DNA from: an uncultured bacterium | Lineage (GTDB): Bacteria; Patescibacteriota; Saccharimonadia; UBA4664 | Assembly: GCA_963720265.1 (NCBI GenBank) | Contig: CAVRET010000002.1 | Span: 264,704 to 328,703 of the forward strand | Length of the DNA: 64,000 bases | Direction of reading: 5' to 3' | In this document: positions 27,225 through 37,499 of the stretch, piece after piece | Position numbering within the stretch: the stretch's first letter is position 1 | Layout of the letters: each line of letters starts with the position of its first letter | Position numbers and translations under genes: made by a program | Notes under the pieces: model-generated | The model's input: only the letters and a program-made list of their open reading frames with translations | Told to the model about the DNA's origin: nothing | Databases searched by the model: none

Positions 27225-27686
27225 TTACGTTGATTTACTCAAGGTGGTGATCACAAACGACACCACCGCGAACGACACAATCGCGACCACAATACCTATG
27301 ATAGCGTACAAGATCGTGTCCTTGGCCGCTGACACGTTCTTCGGGTCGCCATTCGACACCACATACCGCAGACCACCGATAATCAGGAAGATCACGGCCA
27401 CGGCGCCGATGATAAACACTAAGGTGTCGGCAATGGTCTGAAACGCACCCCCCGGGGCAAACAGGTCGTTACTCGTCCCCGCCGCCTGACCGCAGCCGGC
27501 GCCATTTGCAAGCGGTGTAGTGGTAACGTCACTGCTGCAAGTGCCGGCCAAGGCCACCGGTGCCACCACTGTACTCACTGCCAAGCTCGCAATACCAAAA
27601 CCGGACGCTAAAATAAGTGCCTGTAACATAGGGAAGATCTTTTTGCCCAATTTCGCGATACGCATCTGAAGTGAGTACTCCTTCAT
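27225..27686 (-). CDS. TrbC/VirB2-like pilin 1
   Basis: Signal peptide, Cys pair, IIGGLRYVVSNGDP..AKDTILYAIIG. Confidence 0.85.
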   Translation of the reverse strand: MKEYSLQMRIAKLGKKIFPMLQALILASGFGIASLAVSTVVAPVALAGTCSSDVTTTPLANGAGCGQAAGTSNDLFAPGGAFQTIADTLVFIIGAVAVIFLIIGGLRYVVSNGDPKNVSAAKDTILYAIIGIVVAIVSFAVVSFVITTLSKST

Positions 27687-27770
27687 GTTCAATCTATTAT
27701 AACGCAACCTTACGTCGACCCTACCATAAGCACTTTCACTTGGCAAACAACAGGGCCGCCATTCCGGCTA

Positions 27771-28085
27771 CTATGTGATGCTGTTGATGACGAAGTTCAC
27801 AATCGCCCAGGATACAATCGCCACCACCACGCCGATCGCCGCATACAAGATCGTGTCCTTGGCCGAGCCGGTCGCCTTTGGATCACCGTTCGAGAGCACG
27901 TAACGCAACCCGCCGACGATAATCATAATGACCGAAATCGACCCAACCAGATACACCAATACATCAGCGATCAGTCCAAAGGTGTGCGGCAAATCCGTTT
28001 TGGTGTTGCAAACACTCCCGCAAGCCTGCGTGAGCCCGCTGGAGATGGCACTGGTGGCGTCTGCCATGAGATGGAAAGCTATCAT
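27771..28085 (-). CDS. TrbC/VirB2-like pilin 2
   Basis: IVGGLRYVLSNGDP..AKDTILYAAIG. Confidence 0.85.
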   Translation of the reverse strand: MIAFHLMADATSAISSGLTQACGSVCNTKTDLPHTFGLIADVLVYLVGSISVIMIIVGGLRYVLSNGDPKATGSAKDTILYAAIGVVVAIVSWAIVNFVINSIT

Positions 28086-28101
28086 TTTTGCCTCTCTTCC
28101 A

Positions 28102-28434
28102 TTAAATATTTCCGCTTGTGGCCCCCGCGATAAACGTCACAATCGCGTACCCGGCGATTGCAACGCCCAGACCCACACAGGCGTACAGGATCGTTTCTCT
28201 GGCCGTACTGGTCTTCTTGGGATCGCCACCCGATAGCACATATTGCAGTCCACCCACAATAATAAAGATGAGCGCCAGCCCGCCCATGAGCTCCATCATG
28301 AGTGCCACGCCGTTTGCCACTGCCTGGCCGAGGTTTGCCGTACTGCACGGTACCCCGATGTCGCTGGCCGTAATGTTATACGGATTGCTGCTTTGCGAGC
28401 CGCAGGCCGCAGCTGCCGCCAGTAACCAATGCAT
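28102..28434 (-). CDS. TrbC/VirB2-like pilin 3
   Basis: IVGGLQYVLSGGDP..ARETILYACVG. Confidence 0.85.
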   Translation of the reverse strand: MHWLLAAAAACGSQSSNPYNITASDIGVPCSTANLGQAVANGVALMMELMGGLALIFIIVGGLQYVLSGGDPKKTSTARETILYACVGLGVAIAGYAIVTFIAGATSGNI

Positions 28435-28437
28435 GCT

Positions 28438-28791
28438 CTAAAACCCCTGCGCTATAAACGTTATGATCGCATATGCCAGGGTAATGAGCACCAGTCCGGT
28501 GGCCGTATACTGAATAATCTCCCGAGCGCGCTTGATTCGGTCCGGCGCTCCCATCGACGTAATGTAAAAAATTGCCGCCAACAAGATAGTAATAATCGCA
28601 ATCGACCCGGAAACCACAATCAAAATCCGGACCGCGTTGCCAATTATTACCAGCACGCCACTGACGGCGGTTAAGGTAATCTGGCCGTTCGTACAGGTCA
28701 GCCCCGGCCCGGGCTGGTATAGGCTCGGCGGAAACGCACTCGTTGGAGCGCAGGCGTCCGCCAACTTAAACAATCCCAGCATCGGCCCCAT
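28438..28791 (-). CDS. TrbC/VirB2-like pilin 4
   Basis: AIFYITSMGAP..AREIIQYTATGL. Confidence 0.8.
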   Translation of the reverse strand: MGPMLGLFKLADACAPTSAFPPSLYQPGPGLTCTNGQITLTAVSGVLVIIGNAVRILIVVSGSIAIITILLAAIFYITSMGAPDRIKRAREIIQYTATGLVLITLAYAIITFIAQGF

Positions 28792-29235
28792 CTATAGAAC
28801 CCCTCCCGGCACCAAATAGTTCAGAATCGCAAACATGCACAGGAACAACACCAGTGCGATCAGTGCGTTAGTTAGACGGTCTTTGGCTGCCTTAACCTGG
28901 CTCGGATTCGCACCCGAGGTAATATACTGCACGCCGGCAATAATAATCATGAGCAACACCACCGCCGCCACCGCGCTGCTAAGCAGCTGTAAGACGTACC
29001 TTAGATAGACAATTATTGCTCCGCCGGTCGCTGCATCATTAGGAACGCCGATCCCTCCGTCGTCCGCCTTGCAGGTTTGCATACCCGGCACTATCGGCAG
29101 CGAAATCTCCACACAATCCGGAGCCGTAATGCCGGTCTGCTGACTTAGCGCCGATGCTAGGCTAGTGCCCGGCAGCGCTACCGAACCCAAGAGCGCCAGA
29201 TATCCCGCAACCAGCGCGTAACGTAACCGCTTCAT
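28792..29235 (-). CDS. TrbC/VirB2-like pilin 5
   Basis: IIAGVQYITSGANP..AKDRLTNALIAL. Confidence 0.82.
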   Translation of the reverse strand: MKRLRYALVAGYLALLGSVALPGTSLASALSQQTGITAPDCVEISLPIVPGMQTCKADDGGIGVPNDAATGGAIIVYLRYVLQLLSSAVAAVVLLMIIIAGVQYITSGANPSQVKAAKDRLTNALIALVLFLCMFAILNYLVPGGVL

Positions 29236-29313
29236 GATCTGCATTGTACCGATCAGCTCAGGTAAAAGTCAAAATGCTTACGCTATCAAAAACGCTAATG
29301 GTATAATGCAGCC

Positions 29314-32300
29314 ATGTTCCGGAGGTGGTTCGCACTAGCACTCATGGCGTGGGCAACGCTGTCCACGGTCATTGGCTATGCTATCACTCCTACCACCGTT
29401 CTAGCTGCCACCGAAAGCTATGCCTACAACGGCAACGCTAACGATCCGGGTATCAATGCCACTGGCACGTTAAATGCCACCTTTATCCTTATCACGAATA
29501 CCCAATACACATATGACAGCTCTGGTAATTGTCCGGCCCACTACACGCTCAGCCTCAACACCGCCGGAGCCAGTTCCGGTGTCATCAGCACCACATCAAC
29601 CAATGGCAACTGCACTCCTAATCCGAATCTCAGTGGCAACGTGGCCATTACCGGTACGGCAGCAGGTGGTGGTGGCGCCGGTGGTGGCACCGCGGGCAAA
29701 GACACATACGCCTTCAACGCCAACGGTAACATCGCTGGTACAGGCGCGGTCAACGGCACCTTTACCACTAAAAATAACCTCAATTGGGATTACATCACCA
29801 CAAAGAACGGCTGTACCGTTGATTACGACATTTCAACCGTTACCACCAATGGCAATAACTCCAATGGTCAGATTGTCACAACCTGGAACCCAAATAAGGC
29901 CTCCTGTGCACCAGCCACCAGCCTCAACGGCACAATCACCATTTCCGGCCAAAAGTCCGGTGCAAACGGCGCCGCCACCGGCACCTACAATCTAGCCCAA
30001 GACGCCCAAAGCATCACCGCCTCGGGCTCCTATCCAACCTGCCTCGGTGCCGGCAACAACGGCAACGGCGCAAACCCCGTCTTTAATTACAGCTCGGCCG
30101 ACCAGCAATACGAATTTACCGTTCCCGCCAACCCGGCTGACCCCCAGACGCAGGATGTAACCGCCACCATTACCAACGTGTCCAAAATTGGCAGTACCAC
30201 GAATTATACCGGTACCCTCACTATTCCCGCACCTTGCAACTTCACCGGCAATATCACCATCAATGCCACGGCGAACACCGCCGCCGTGCCAAACACTTCG
30301 GGCGCCGGTAGCAATGCGCCGCCCTGCAACGCCGGAGACCTCAGCTGGCTCATTTGCAGCATCATCAACTTACTCGTCAATGGCATCGACGCGCTTGTCT
30401 CAAGCATTCTCATTCCGTTTATTCAGGTCCAACCACTGTCCACGACCGCCACGATCACCAATGCCGACGGCACTACCAGCGTTGTGGCCAGCCCCACCTA
30501 CAGCATCTGGGGCAAATTCCGCGATCTAGCCTCTGTGTTCTTCATATTGATATTCTTCATCATCATATTCGGCACGGCCATCGGGATGGATAATTATACG
30601 GTTAAAAAGATATTGCCACGCCTAGTCGCCGGCGCCATCCTCGTGCCGTTGTCGTGGTATATCTGCGCGGTCGGGATTGATATCGGCAATGTATTGGGCT
30701 TCGGTCTGCTTAAACTGTGCCAAGCAGTCATACCAAACCCAACTATTGATATTGGCACACCGCTGGCACAAATCTTCTTCGGGATCGGCGGCGCCATTGT
30801 CGTTACTCTGGCCACCGTCGCCATCACCACCATTGGCTTGGGCGTCTTGCTCACCATCGCTTTCGCCGTGCTGGCCGCCATTCTCACCCTCGTGCTGCGC
30901 AAAATTCTCATTATCTTGTTTGTGGTCTTAAGCCCATTTGCGCTCCTGGCCTGGATTTTGCCCAACACCGAAAAGCTCTACAAACAATGGTGGACCACGC
31001 TGACGCGCCTTATCCTGATGTTCCCGCTCATCATGCTGCTCATCGAGGCTGGGCGAATCTTTTCGCTCACAGCCGGCTCAGCGCTCGCCGGCGGCAACAT
31101 TGCTCTCTTCGGGGTCCACCTTCGACTGGCCGCCGCTCCGGGCACCGGGGCTCTGCAGCAGTCTGCGGTGCCGTTCTTGCAGCTCACTGGTCTTTTCTTG
31201 CCATTGGGCGCCGTTCCCTGGACCTTCAAGTGGGCCGGGGGTGCCATGGCCTTCGGCGCCGGTATGATTGCTCGCGGCCGCAAAGCCGCCGACAGCCGCT
31301 TTGGCCGCAGCTCCGACTTTGCCAAAGGCCGGGCCGAAGAGCGCCGCCGTAAAGCCGTTATTAACGCCAATGATCCCAATATCAATGGTGTCCGGCGCGC
31401 CTTTAACCGCGCCCGCAGCGAAACGGGTGGTGGCTTTGCCGGCATGGGGCGAGGAAATCGTATCCAGCAAGCGGCCGCCCAGGATGCCTTTGCCAAAGCC
31501 ACCAAGACCACGGCCACAGCCGACGCCGGAAGACGAGCTAGAGACGGCGCACTGCCGGGCGAGACGCCGCAGCAGCGCATCCAGGCCGAAACCCAAGCCG
31601 CACTCACTGGGATCGCCGACGAGCGTGCGGGCCGCCAGGGCATCCGCAATAACGTTGCCGCTGGTGCCGTCAGTGGCCGGCCGACCGACCTTGCGGCTGC
31701 CGGTAACGCCATCGCTGGTCAGCGTTACCTCGCCGGCGTTCAAACCGCTACACTCGGTGAGGCCAAGCGCATCGGCACCGACCGTGCGGTCATTCGCGGT
31801 GCCCAAGTACGTCCCATAGCACCCCAAGTCATGCAGGAACACGCCCAGTACGTTGAGGAGGGCAATCAGGCCCAACTCCGCGGCGAGATGCTGGGGTCAG
31901 TAAGCACCGTCAGACAAATTGATCAACGCAATGTCGCCACCGGTCGTGCCGCCAACCGGAATGAAGCCGCCGACCTGCGCGTTCGGGACCAGTCATTAGC
32001 CTCCTATGACAAAGCTCGCGAGGACGTGGCCGGCCTCTACGGCGCCGCCCTAGCCCGCAATGCCGTCACCCAGGCCGGCGGTGGTCGCGAATCTGTTGCC
32101 GATCTCACCGACGCGGGCATGCTTGCAGAACGCGAAAAACAAGCCCATGCCAAGGCCGAGCGCCAAGAACGTGTCAGCATCCGCAACACACCGGGCTACG
32201 CCGAAACTGCCGACGAGGTGCTCGAAGCCGAAACCGAGCACGCCAGAGAGTCGCTTGGCAAAGCAGCCAACACTCGTCGAGCCGCTCGCGAGGTCGGACG

Positions 32301-35300
32301 CCGCACCGGTGAAACCACCGAGCAGTTCCTAGCCAACGACTACGGCACAACCGAGCGCGCCACGTTTGACGCTGCTAATAAGCGCATCCAAACCGGTCAG
32401 GCTTCCCGCGAAGACGCCGACGAAAACTACCGAAAGACCATGGGCCCTACCGCCTACCGAGCGGCAATGGGCATTCCGGCAGGTGCACCTCTCAACCCTG
32501 CCCAAGAAGCCGCCGCACTTGCCATGACAGCTGAGGACATTTACCGGGCCAATAACGGTATGCTTCCAGGGACTCCTCTCACTCCAGCTCAGCAGGCTGC
32601 CGCCCAAGCTGCGGTTGCAGGCAATTACGACAATATGCAAATGGCCGCCTCACGCGAGGCTGCCCGCCGCACCGCCAACGCCGACGTCGGCAAATCGCTA
32701 TCCGTCCTCAACGACGAAGCCGGCAGCAACCTACCCGGCGGCACTACCAGTCAGCAATACCGGCAGCAATCCAACTATGAAGAAACCAAAAAGCTCGGTA
32801 CGGCATCCGGAAACGTTCAAGGCGTACTCGAGGCCCAAGCCGAAGAAGCCGCCCGCGACAATGCCGCTCCCGGCAGCTTCAATGCGCTCGCCGAAGCCGG
32901 GCTCCGCTCTTCCCGGGCCGGCCGTATTAATAGCAGCACCAAGGCTGCCGAAGCCTTTGGCACTGAGCAGGGAACCATCAACGCCAATGCCACCCGCACT
33001 GTCACCGCCGCCCAAGCTGCCGGCCAAGCTGAGCGCGCCACCGAGCAAAAGGCCTCGGCCGACAACGCCACGTCGCAAGAGAAGCTCGCCGAGTCACAGA
33101 TCGCCGAAGAGCAGCTCGCACGGCAGCTCTTTGGTGTTGCACCGGGTGTGGCAGTCACGCCGGTCCAGCTCGCCGCCGCCCGGGCCCAGATGCGCGAAAA
33201 CTCGGCTCGCAAGGCTGGCGCCGAGGCCAGAGATACACAGGCTTCTGAACTTGCCGGCACTGCTGCGGCAGTCCGAGGGCGCGAGCAGGCCATTGACCGC
33301 GAAATCAGGCGAGAGGCCGACGCCACCGGCCGGGTGCTAACAACACCCGAGGCTGAGCGCAATATCGTAAATAATGCCGCCGCCGTTGCCGCCGAAAAAG
33401 CCGAGAAAGAAGCCGCCGGCAAGGCCTCCGCCGACACCGGTACGCTCGGAGAACGCGAAAACGCCCTAAACGATGAAATTGCCAGGGTGTACAACGAGAC
33501 CGGCGCCTATCTCACCCGTGACCAAGCCGAGCAACGGCTCGCCAACGCTGCTGCCGAAAAATCCCGCCTCGATGCAGTTACAGCCGAGCGTAAAACTGTG
33601 GCCGAAGAGTTTGCCGCACAGGAGGGCCACCAGCAAGCAGTTGACGAAGAGATCGCCCGTGCCGCCGCCGCCGGTGCACCAATCCCGGCCGGAGCCACCC
33701 AACGCGCCCAAGCCGCCCGCAATATCAGCCGCAACATACGCGAAGACGTCCGCCACGAAGGCACAAGGTCTCAGCTCACAGCCGCCAGCGGGGCACGGGG
33801 CAAAGGCGAGGAGCGTGAGCGTGCAGTTCAAAAACAAATTGACGATGCTGCCGCTGCTGCCGCTGCCGGTACCGGCGTCGCTATTGACCGCGCGACCGCC
33901 CAGCGTAATCTGATTCATAATGCTTCCGAACAAGGCCGGATCGAGGCCGCGGATTCTGAGCGCAAGAAAATCGGTGATGCCGAAGGTGTTGCCGGCAGTG
34001 AGGCCACTGAGGCGGATGACGAAATAGACCACATGGGCCGCGAGGAAGTGCGCACCGAGCTCGCAAGAGCCGGCCTGGCCAACACGCTCGAAAACCGCCG
34101 CCGAGTTGCCCTCGAGCGGGTACGACGCCGCGGAGTTAGTGCCTCCTCTCGTCTCGCCGGCAACAAGCGCACCGGTCAAGCCGCTGAAGAGCGCGGCATC
34201 ATTGAGAATCGCGATCAATGGATACAGCGCGAAATCGATGAAGGACGCGTCCCAACCACCATTCTTGATCCCGCCAGCGGGCTGCGCCGCGCCACCAACG
34301 CCGCTGAAAAACAGGCCGCCGCCATCCGTAATCTCGAACGCCGCGCCGCCACTGCCGCCACCAAAAAAGCCGGCGATAACTACAACAAAGGTAACGCCGA
34401 AGAATTGGGCATCACCCAAGGCTATGATGCTGCCCTCAAAGAGCAAGCCGGCAACAACCGTCCGACTTCAGCTCAACTCCGCGCCGCTCGCCTCGCCCTG
34501 GCCGATCAGGAGATCAAAAAGACCGCCCGCGAAACGAGAGAGAACCTCTCGAGTAGCGTCGGCCAAACGAGAGAAGAAAATATCGCCGCAGACGCTGATG
34601 CGGCGGCCATAGAAGCCGACCTCAAAGCCCAGGCCGCAGCCGACGCCGCGGCTGCCAGGGCCGCAGGATTCGCAGGGGCGCGCGCTCGTCGCGTCACGAG
34701 ACAGCAAGTTCAATCTGAAATGCTGCGCCGCCAACGCCTAGCGGGCGCCGAAACCGGCGCCCGCGCGCAAGCTACCAAAAGCGGTCGCACTGAGGCGCTC
34801 GTGCAAGCCGCCCGCGTTGCCACTCCCGCCGTGCCCGCTACTACTACCACTCCCGCCGTGCCCACAGGGGCTCCGGGCTCCGGACGGCCGACTGCCGAGC
34901 AACGCCGCGACTCTGCCGTCCGAGAGCAGATCAAGGTAGCCGCTAATGAATCAGCATCGGTCACAGCTCACGATAATCCAGCCGTTCCAAAGATTGCGCC
35001 AACTCAACAATTCGCCGACTCTTTGCGCAACCGCCAAGAACGAGAAAACGAAAAAGTCATCGATGACGCTATGACTGACGCCGCCGCTGGACTGAGAATA
35101 GATGTGCCCGGTCGCGGCAGGATCCCACTCAAAGACGTCCAATACTCGAAGGAAGAAATGGACGCCGTCCAGAAGATTCTCGATGATGCCTTTACCACTG
35201 GTGACATTCCGACCGCCTTAGCGGCCATGGATCACCTTGCATCGGGTAGTGCTAGTGCACAAGCCCGGCTCGTAGATCGGTCCGACCCTAATAGTGTGGT

Positions 35301-35979
35301 GCGACGCTGGTTTGGCGGTGGAGATGACTCAAACGTCAGCTCTGATCCGAAGGTCTCAGAGCTAGCCAGGCTACACCCTGAATTAGTCGATCAAATGCAA
35401 ACACTCTGGAACCGGGCAGTCAAAGGCGGTAAAGACCCAGACCTCAAACTCCCCCCGTCTGTGAGTATGGACAAGATCGGCGCTGACCAGCTCCTAGCCG
35501 GTGGCGATCGATGGAAAGGCCGGCTCATCGGCCGTGCCACCGACAAGGCTCGTGACAAGAATAAAGAAAAACACGAGGACCAAATAGCGAACGGAATCGC
35601 AACCATCTTCAACAATCCAACCAAAGCCGGCAACGTTCGAAACCCCGACCGGGATGCCCTCTGGCGCTTCGTACTGCGTCGAGATGCCAATGGTGTTCTC
35701 CTTGATGACCGAGGAAACCGGATCAAGCGTATCGACCCGAAGACAGGCAATGATGTTGTTGACTCTCGCTACGGCGACGCGTTCCTAAGAGAGTATCGGC
35801 CAGGTGAAATGAGCGCCGAAGCAGATGCTAGTTTCGACGCCGCTAAGGCGGCCAAAGACAAAACGTACGCTGACCAATTCAGGCAATATCAGTTAATCCT
35901 AGGCCAGCAAAATGGTGCTGATATTATCAAGTGGCTCGAGGATGGACACAAGGCTGAGCGCACCAAGGGGAAGCCGTAA
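29314..35979 (+). CDS. Giant VirB6/TrbL-like T4SS membrane protein (2221 aa)
   Basis: Signal peptide; Asn/Thr/Gly repeats; TM block (WGKFRDLA, KKILPRL, LSPFALLAWILPNT); about 1550 aa Ala/Glu/Arg-rich tail; upstream of prgI and virB4. Confidence 0.78.
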   Translation: MFRRWFALALMAWATLSTVIGYAITPTTVLAATESYAYNGNANDPGINATGTLNATFILITNTQYTYDSSGNCPAHYTLSLNTAGASSGVISTTSTNGNCTPNPNLSGNVAITGTAAGGGGAGGGTAGKDTYAFNANGNIAGTGAVNGTFTTKNNLNWDYITTKNGCTVDYDISTVTTNGNNSNGQIVTTWNPNKASCAPATSLNGTITISGQKSGANGAATGTYNLAQDAQSITASGSYPTCLGAGNNGNGANPVFNYSSADQQYEFTVPANPADPQTQDVTATITNVSKIGSTTNYTGTLTIPAPCNFTGNITINATANTAAVPNTSGAGSNAPPCNAGDLSWLICSIINLLVNGIDALVSSILIPFIQVQPLSTTATITNADGTTSVVASPTYSIWGKFRDLASVFFILIFFIIIFGTAIGMDNYTVKKILPRLVAGAILVPLSWYICAVGIDIGNVLGFGLLKLCQAVIPNPTIDIGTPLAQIFFGIGGAIVVTLATVAITTIGLGVLLTIAFAVLAAILTLVLRKILIILFVVLSPFALLAWILPNTEKLYKQWWTTLTRLILMFPLIMLLIEAGRIFSLTAGSALAGGNIALFGVHLRLAAAPGTGALQQSAVPFLQLTGLFLPLGAVPWTFKWAGGAMAFGAGMIARGRKAADSRFGRSSDFAKGRAEERRRKAVINANDPNINGVRRAFNRARSETGGGFAGMGRGNRIQQAAAQDAFAKATKTTATADAGRRARDGALPGETPQQRIQAETQAALTGIADERAGRQGIRNNVAAGAVSGRPTDLAAAGNAIAGQRYLAGVQTATLGEAKRIGTDRAVIRGAQVRPIAPQVMQEHAQYVEEGNQAQLRGEMLGSVSTVRQIDQRNVATGRAANRNEAADLRVRDQSLASYDKAREDVAGLYGAALARNAVTQAGGGRESVADLTDAGMLAEREKQAHAKAERQERVSIRNTPGYAETADEVLEAETEHARESLGKAANTRRAAREVGRRTGETTEQFLANDYGTTERATFDAANKRIQTGQASREDADENYRKTMGPTAYRAAMGIPAGAPLNPAQEAAALAMTAEDIYRANNGMLPGTPLTPAQQAAAQAAVAGNYDNMQMAASREAARRTANADVGKSLSVLNDEAGSNLPGGTTSQQYRQQSNYEETKKLGTASGNVQGVLEAQAEEAARDNAAPGSFNALAEAGLRSSRAGRINSSTKAAEAFGTEQGTINANATRTVTAAQAAGQAERATEQKASADNATSQEKLAESQIAEEQLARQLFGVAPGVAVTPVQLAAARAQMRENSARKAGAEARDTQASELAGTAAAVRGREQAIDREIRREADATGRVLTTPEAERNIVNNAAAVAAEKAEKEAAGKASADTGTLGERENALNDEIARVYNETGAYLTRDQAEQRLANAAAEKSRLDAVTAERKTVAEEFAAQEGHQQAVDEEIARAAAAGAPIPAGATQRAQAARNISRNIREDVRHEGTRSQLTAASGARGKGEERERAVQKQIDDAAAAAAAGTGVAIDRATAQRNLIHNASEQGRIEAADSERKKIGDAEGVAGSEATEADDEIDHMGREEVRTELARAGLANTLENRRRVALERVRRRGVSASSRLAGNKRTGQAAEERGIIENRDQWIQREIDEGRVPTTILDPASGLRRATNAAEKQAAAIRNLERRAATAATKKAGDNYNKGNAEELGITQGYDAALKEQAGNNRPTSAQLRAARLALADQEIKKTARETRENLSSSVGQTREENIAADADAAAIEADLKAQAAADAAAARAAGFAGARARRVTRQQVQSEMLRRQRLAGAETGARAQATKSGRTEALVQAARVATPAVPATTTTPAVPTGAPGSGRPTAEQRRDSAVREQIKVAANESASVTAHDNPAVPKIAPTQQFADSLRNRQERENEKVIDDAMTDAAAGLRIDVPGRGRIPLKDVQYSKEEMDAVQKILDDAFTTGDIPTALAAMDHLASGSASAQARLVDRSDPNSVVRRWFGGGDDSNVSSDPKVSELARLHPELVDQMQTLWNRAVKGGKDPDLKLPPSVSMDKIGADQLLAGGDRWKGRLIGRATDKARDKNKEKHEDQIANGIATIFNNPTKAGNVRNPDRDALWRFVLRRDANGVLLDDRGNRIKRIDPKTGNDVVDSRYGDAFLREYRPGEMSAEADASFDAAKAAKDKTYADQFRQYQLILGQQNGADIIKWLEDGHKAERTKGKP

Positions 35980-35998
35980 CAATGCGGGGCGCTAGCTT

Positions 35999-36775
35999 AT
36001 GAGCCAATACAAAGTACCCCAAAACGTCGAGGCCGAAGACCACATCCTCGGGCCGCTCACCTTCAAGCAGTTTATCTACGGCTGCATCGGGTTTGGTTGG
36101 GCCATCGTTTGCTTTGGGCTCTTTAAGGACATTCCCGCGCTCATGTTTGTGGTCGGGTTTCCGCCCACACTGCTGTTTCTGCTGCTCGCATTCTATACCC
36201 GCGACGGGCAAAACTTCGAGCAAATATTGCTGGCAATGGTTGGTTTCTTTGCCTCCGAGCGGCGTAGACTATGGGTTAAGGAAGCCGTGGCAGTCACATT
36301 TGAGGTCGAGCCGGCCAAAATTATCAGTGAAACTACCCAACGCAACCCCGCCGAAGTTCGCAGCCAGCTTGAGCGGCTCTCTAATCTCATAGACTCGCGC
36401 GGCTGGAACCTCGACCCACGATCCGACCATTCGGAAATGCAGCAGTTTCTGCCCACCACGAGCCACAGCGACCGTCTCGTTGCTCCACCACCGGCAGTAC
36501 CCCAGCCCGACGAACCCCGTGCCGACATGCTCGACCTAACAAATAGCCCGCTCGCGCAAAATCTTGCCCAACTCCTAGCCGATGCCGCCGGTGAAGCCAA
36601 ATCTCAAGCAATCGACAGCATCGGCGCCAACCCGCGCCGAGCTCGCGAGTTAAGCACAAGCGGCGTGACACCTGGAGCCCAGGCCGATATACTAAGACTA
36701 GCCACAGAAGGCGGCGACCTGACGGTCGCTAGACTCGCCGCCCAAGCTAATCGAGTGAACCGAGATGCCAGCTAA
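35999..36775 (+). CDS. PrgI family protein
   Basis: YKVPQNVEAEDHILGPLTFKQF, two TM helices, FE..L. Confidence 0.85.
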   Translation: MSQYKVPQNVEAEDHILGPLTFKQFIYGCIGFGWAIVCFGLFKDIPALMFVVGFPPTLLFLLLAFYTRDGQNFEQILLAMVGFFASERRRLWVKEAVAVTFEVEPAKIISETTQRNPAEVRSQLERLSNLIDSRGWNLDPRSDHSEMQQFLPTTSHSDRLVAPPPAVPQPDEPRADMLDLTNSPLAQNLAQLLADAAGEAKSQAIDSIGANPRRARELSTSGVTPGAQADILRLATEGGDLTVARLAAQANRVNRDAS

Positions 36776-37499
36776 TACCGAAGCCAAGGAAGGCAAAAGC
36801 ACCCAAAATACCCTCCTTATCTCCGAGGTCAAGGACGGGGTAGTTGTTATGCGCGACGGCAGTTTGCGCGGTGTGATTTTGGGCTCAGCCATTAATTTCG
36901 ACCTCATGAGCACAGAGGAGCAGGAAGCGACCGAATACGCCTACCAAGGCTTCATCAACTCGCTCCATTTCCCAGTCCAAATTTCCATCAAGAGCAAAAA
37001 AATCGACATCGCACCCTATGTCGAGAAGCTACAGGCACAGCGCTCCGAACTCTCTAATGAACTACTCGGCTCGCTCATGGACGACTACATCTTAAACATC
37101 AAGGCCTTAGTCGAGCAGGTTAACATCATGGACAAGCAGTTTTATATCACGGTGCCGTTCTTCCCTCCCATGGCCGTAAAGAAAAACACCAACCTGTTTG
37201 CCGAGCTCAAAGCCGCCTTTGAGCCAACACCGATCATCATCGTCTCAGAAGAAGACTTCCGCAATTACAAGCAAGAATTAACTGAGCGCATGCAGTTGGT
37301 CGAATCCGGCCTTACCCAAATGGGCATCCGCGCCTTGGCCCTCGGCACCCAGGAGCTGGTTGACCTGTATTATTCCTGGTACAACCCCGACGTCGCAGCC
37401 AACGAGAAACTCATTGAAGTCGGTCAAATCACCACGCCGGTTGTCACCAAAGGCGAAGGTTCCGCCCCGCGCGGCCCACTGCCAGGGGCTCCAATCTAA
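36765..37499 (+). CDS. T4SS component similar to the VirB4/TraC N-terminal region
   Basis: INFDLMS.EEQ...Y..F.NSL.FPVQI; coupled to virB4. Confidence 0.75.
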   Translation: MPANTEAKEGKSTQNTLLISEVKDGVVVMRDGSLRGVILGSAINFDLMSTEEQEATEYAYQGFINSLHFPVQISIKSKKIDIAPYVEKLQAQRSELSNELLGSLMDDYILNIKALVEQVNIMDKQFYITVPFFPPMAVKKNTNLFAELKAAFEPTPIIIVSEEDFRNYKQELTERMQLVESGLTQMGIRALALGTQELVDLYYSWYNPDVAANEKLIEVGQITTPVVTKGEGSAPRGPLPGAPI

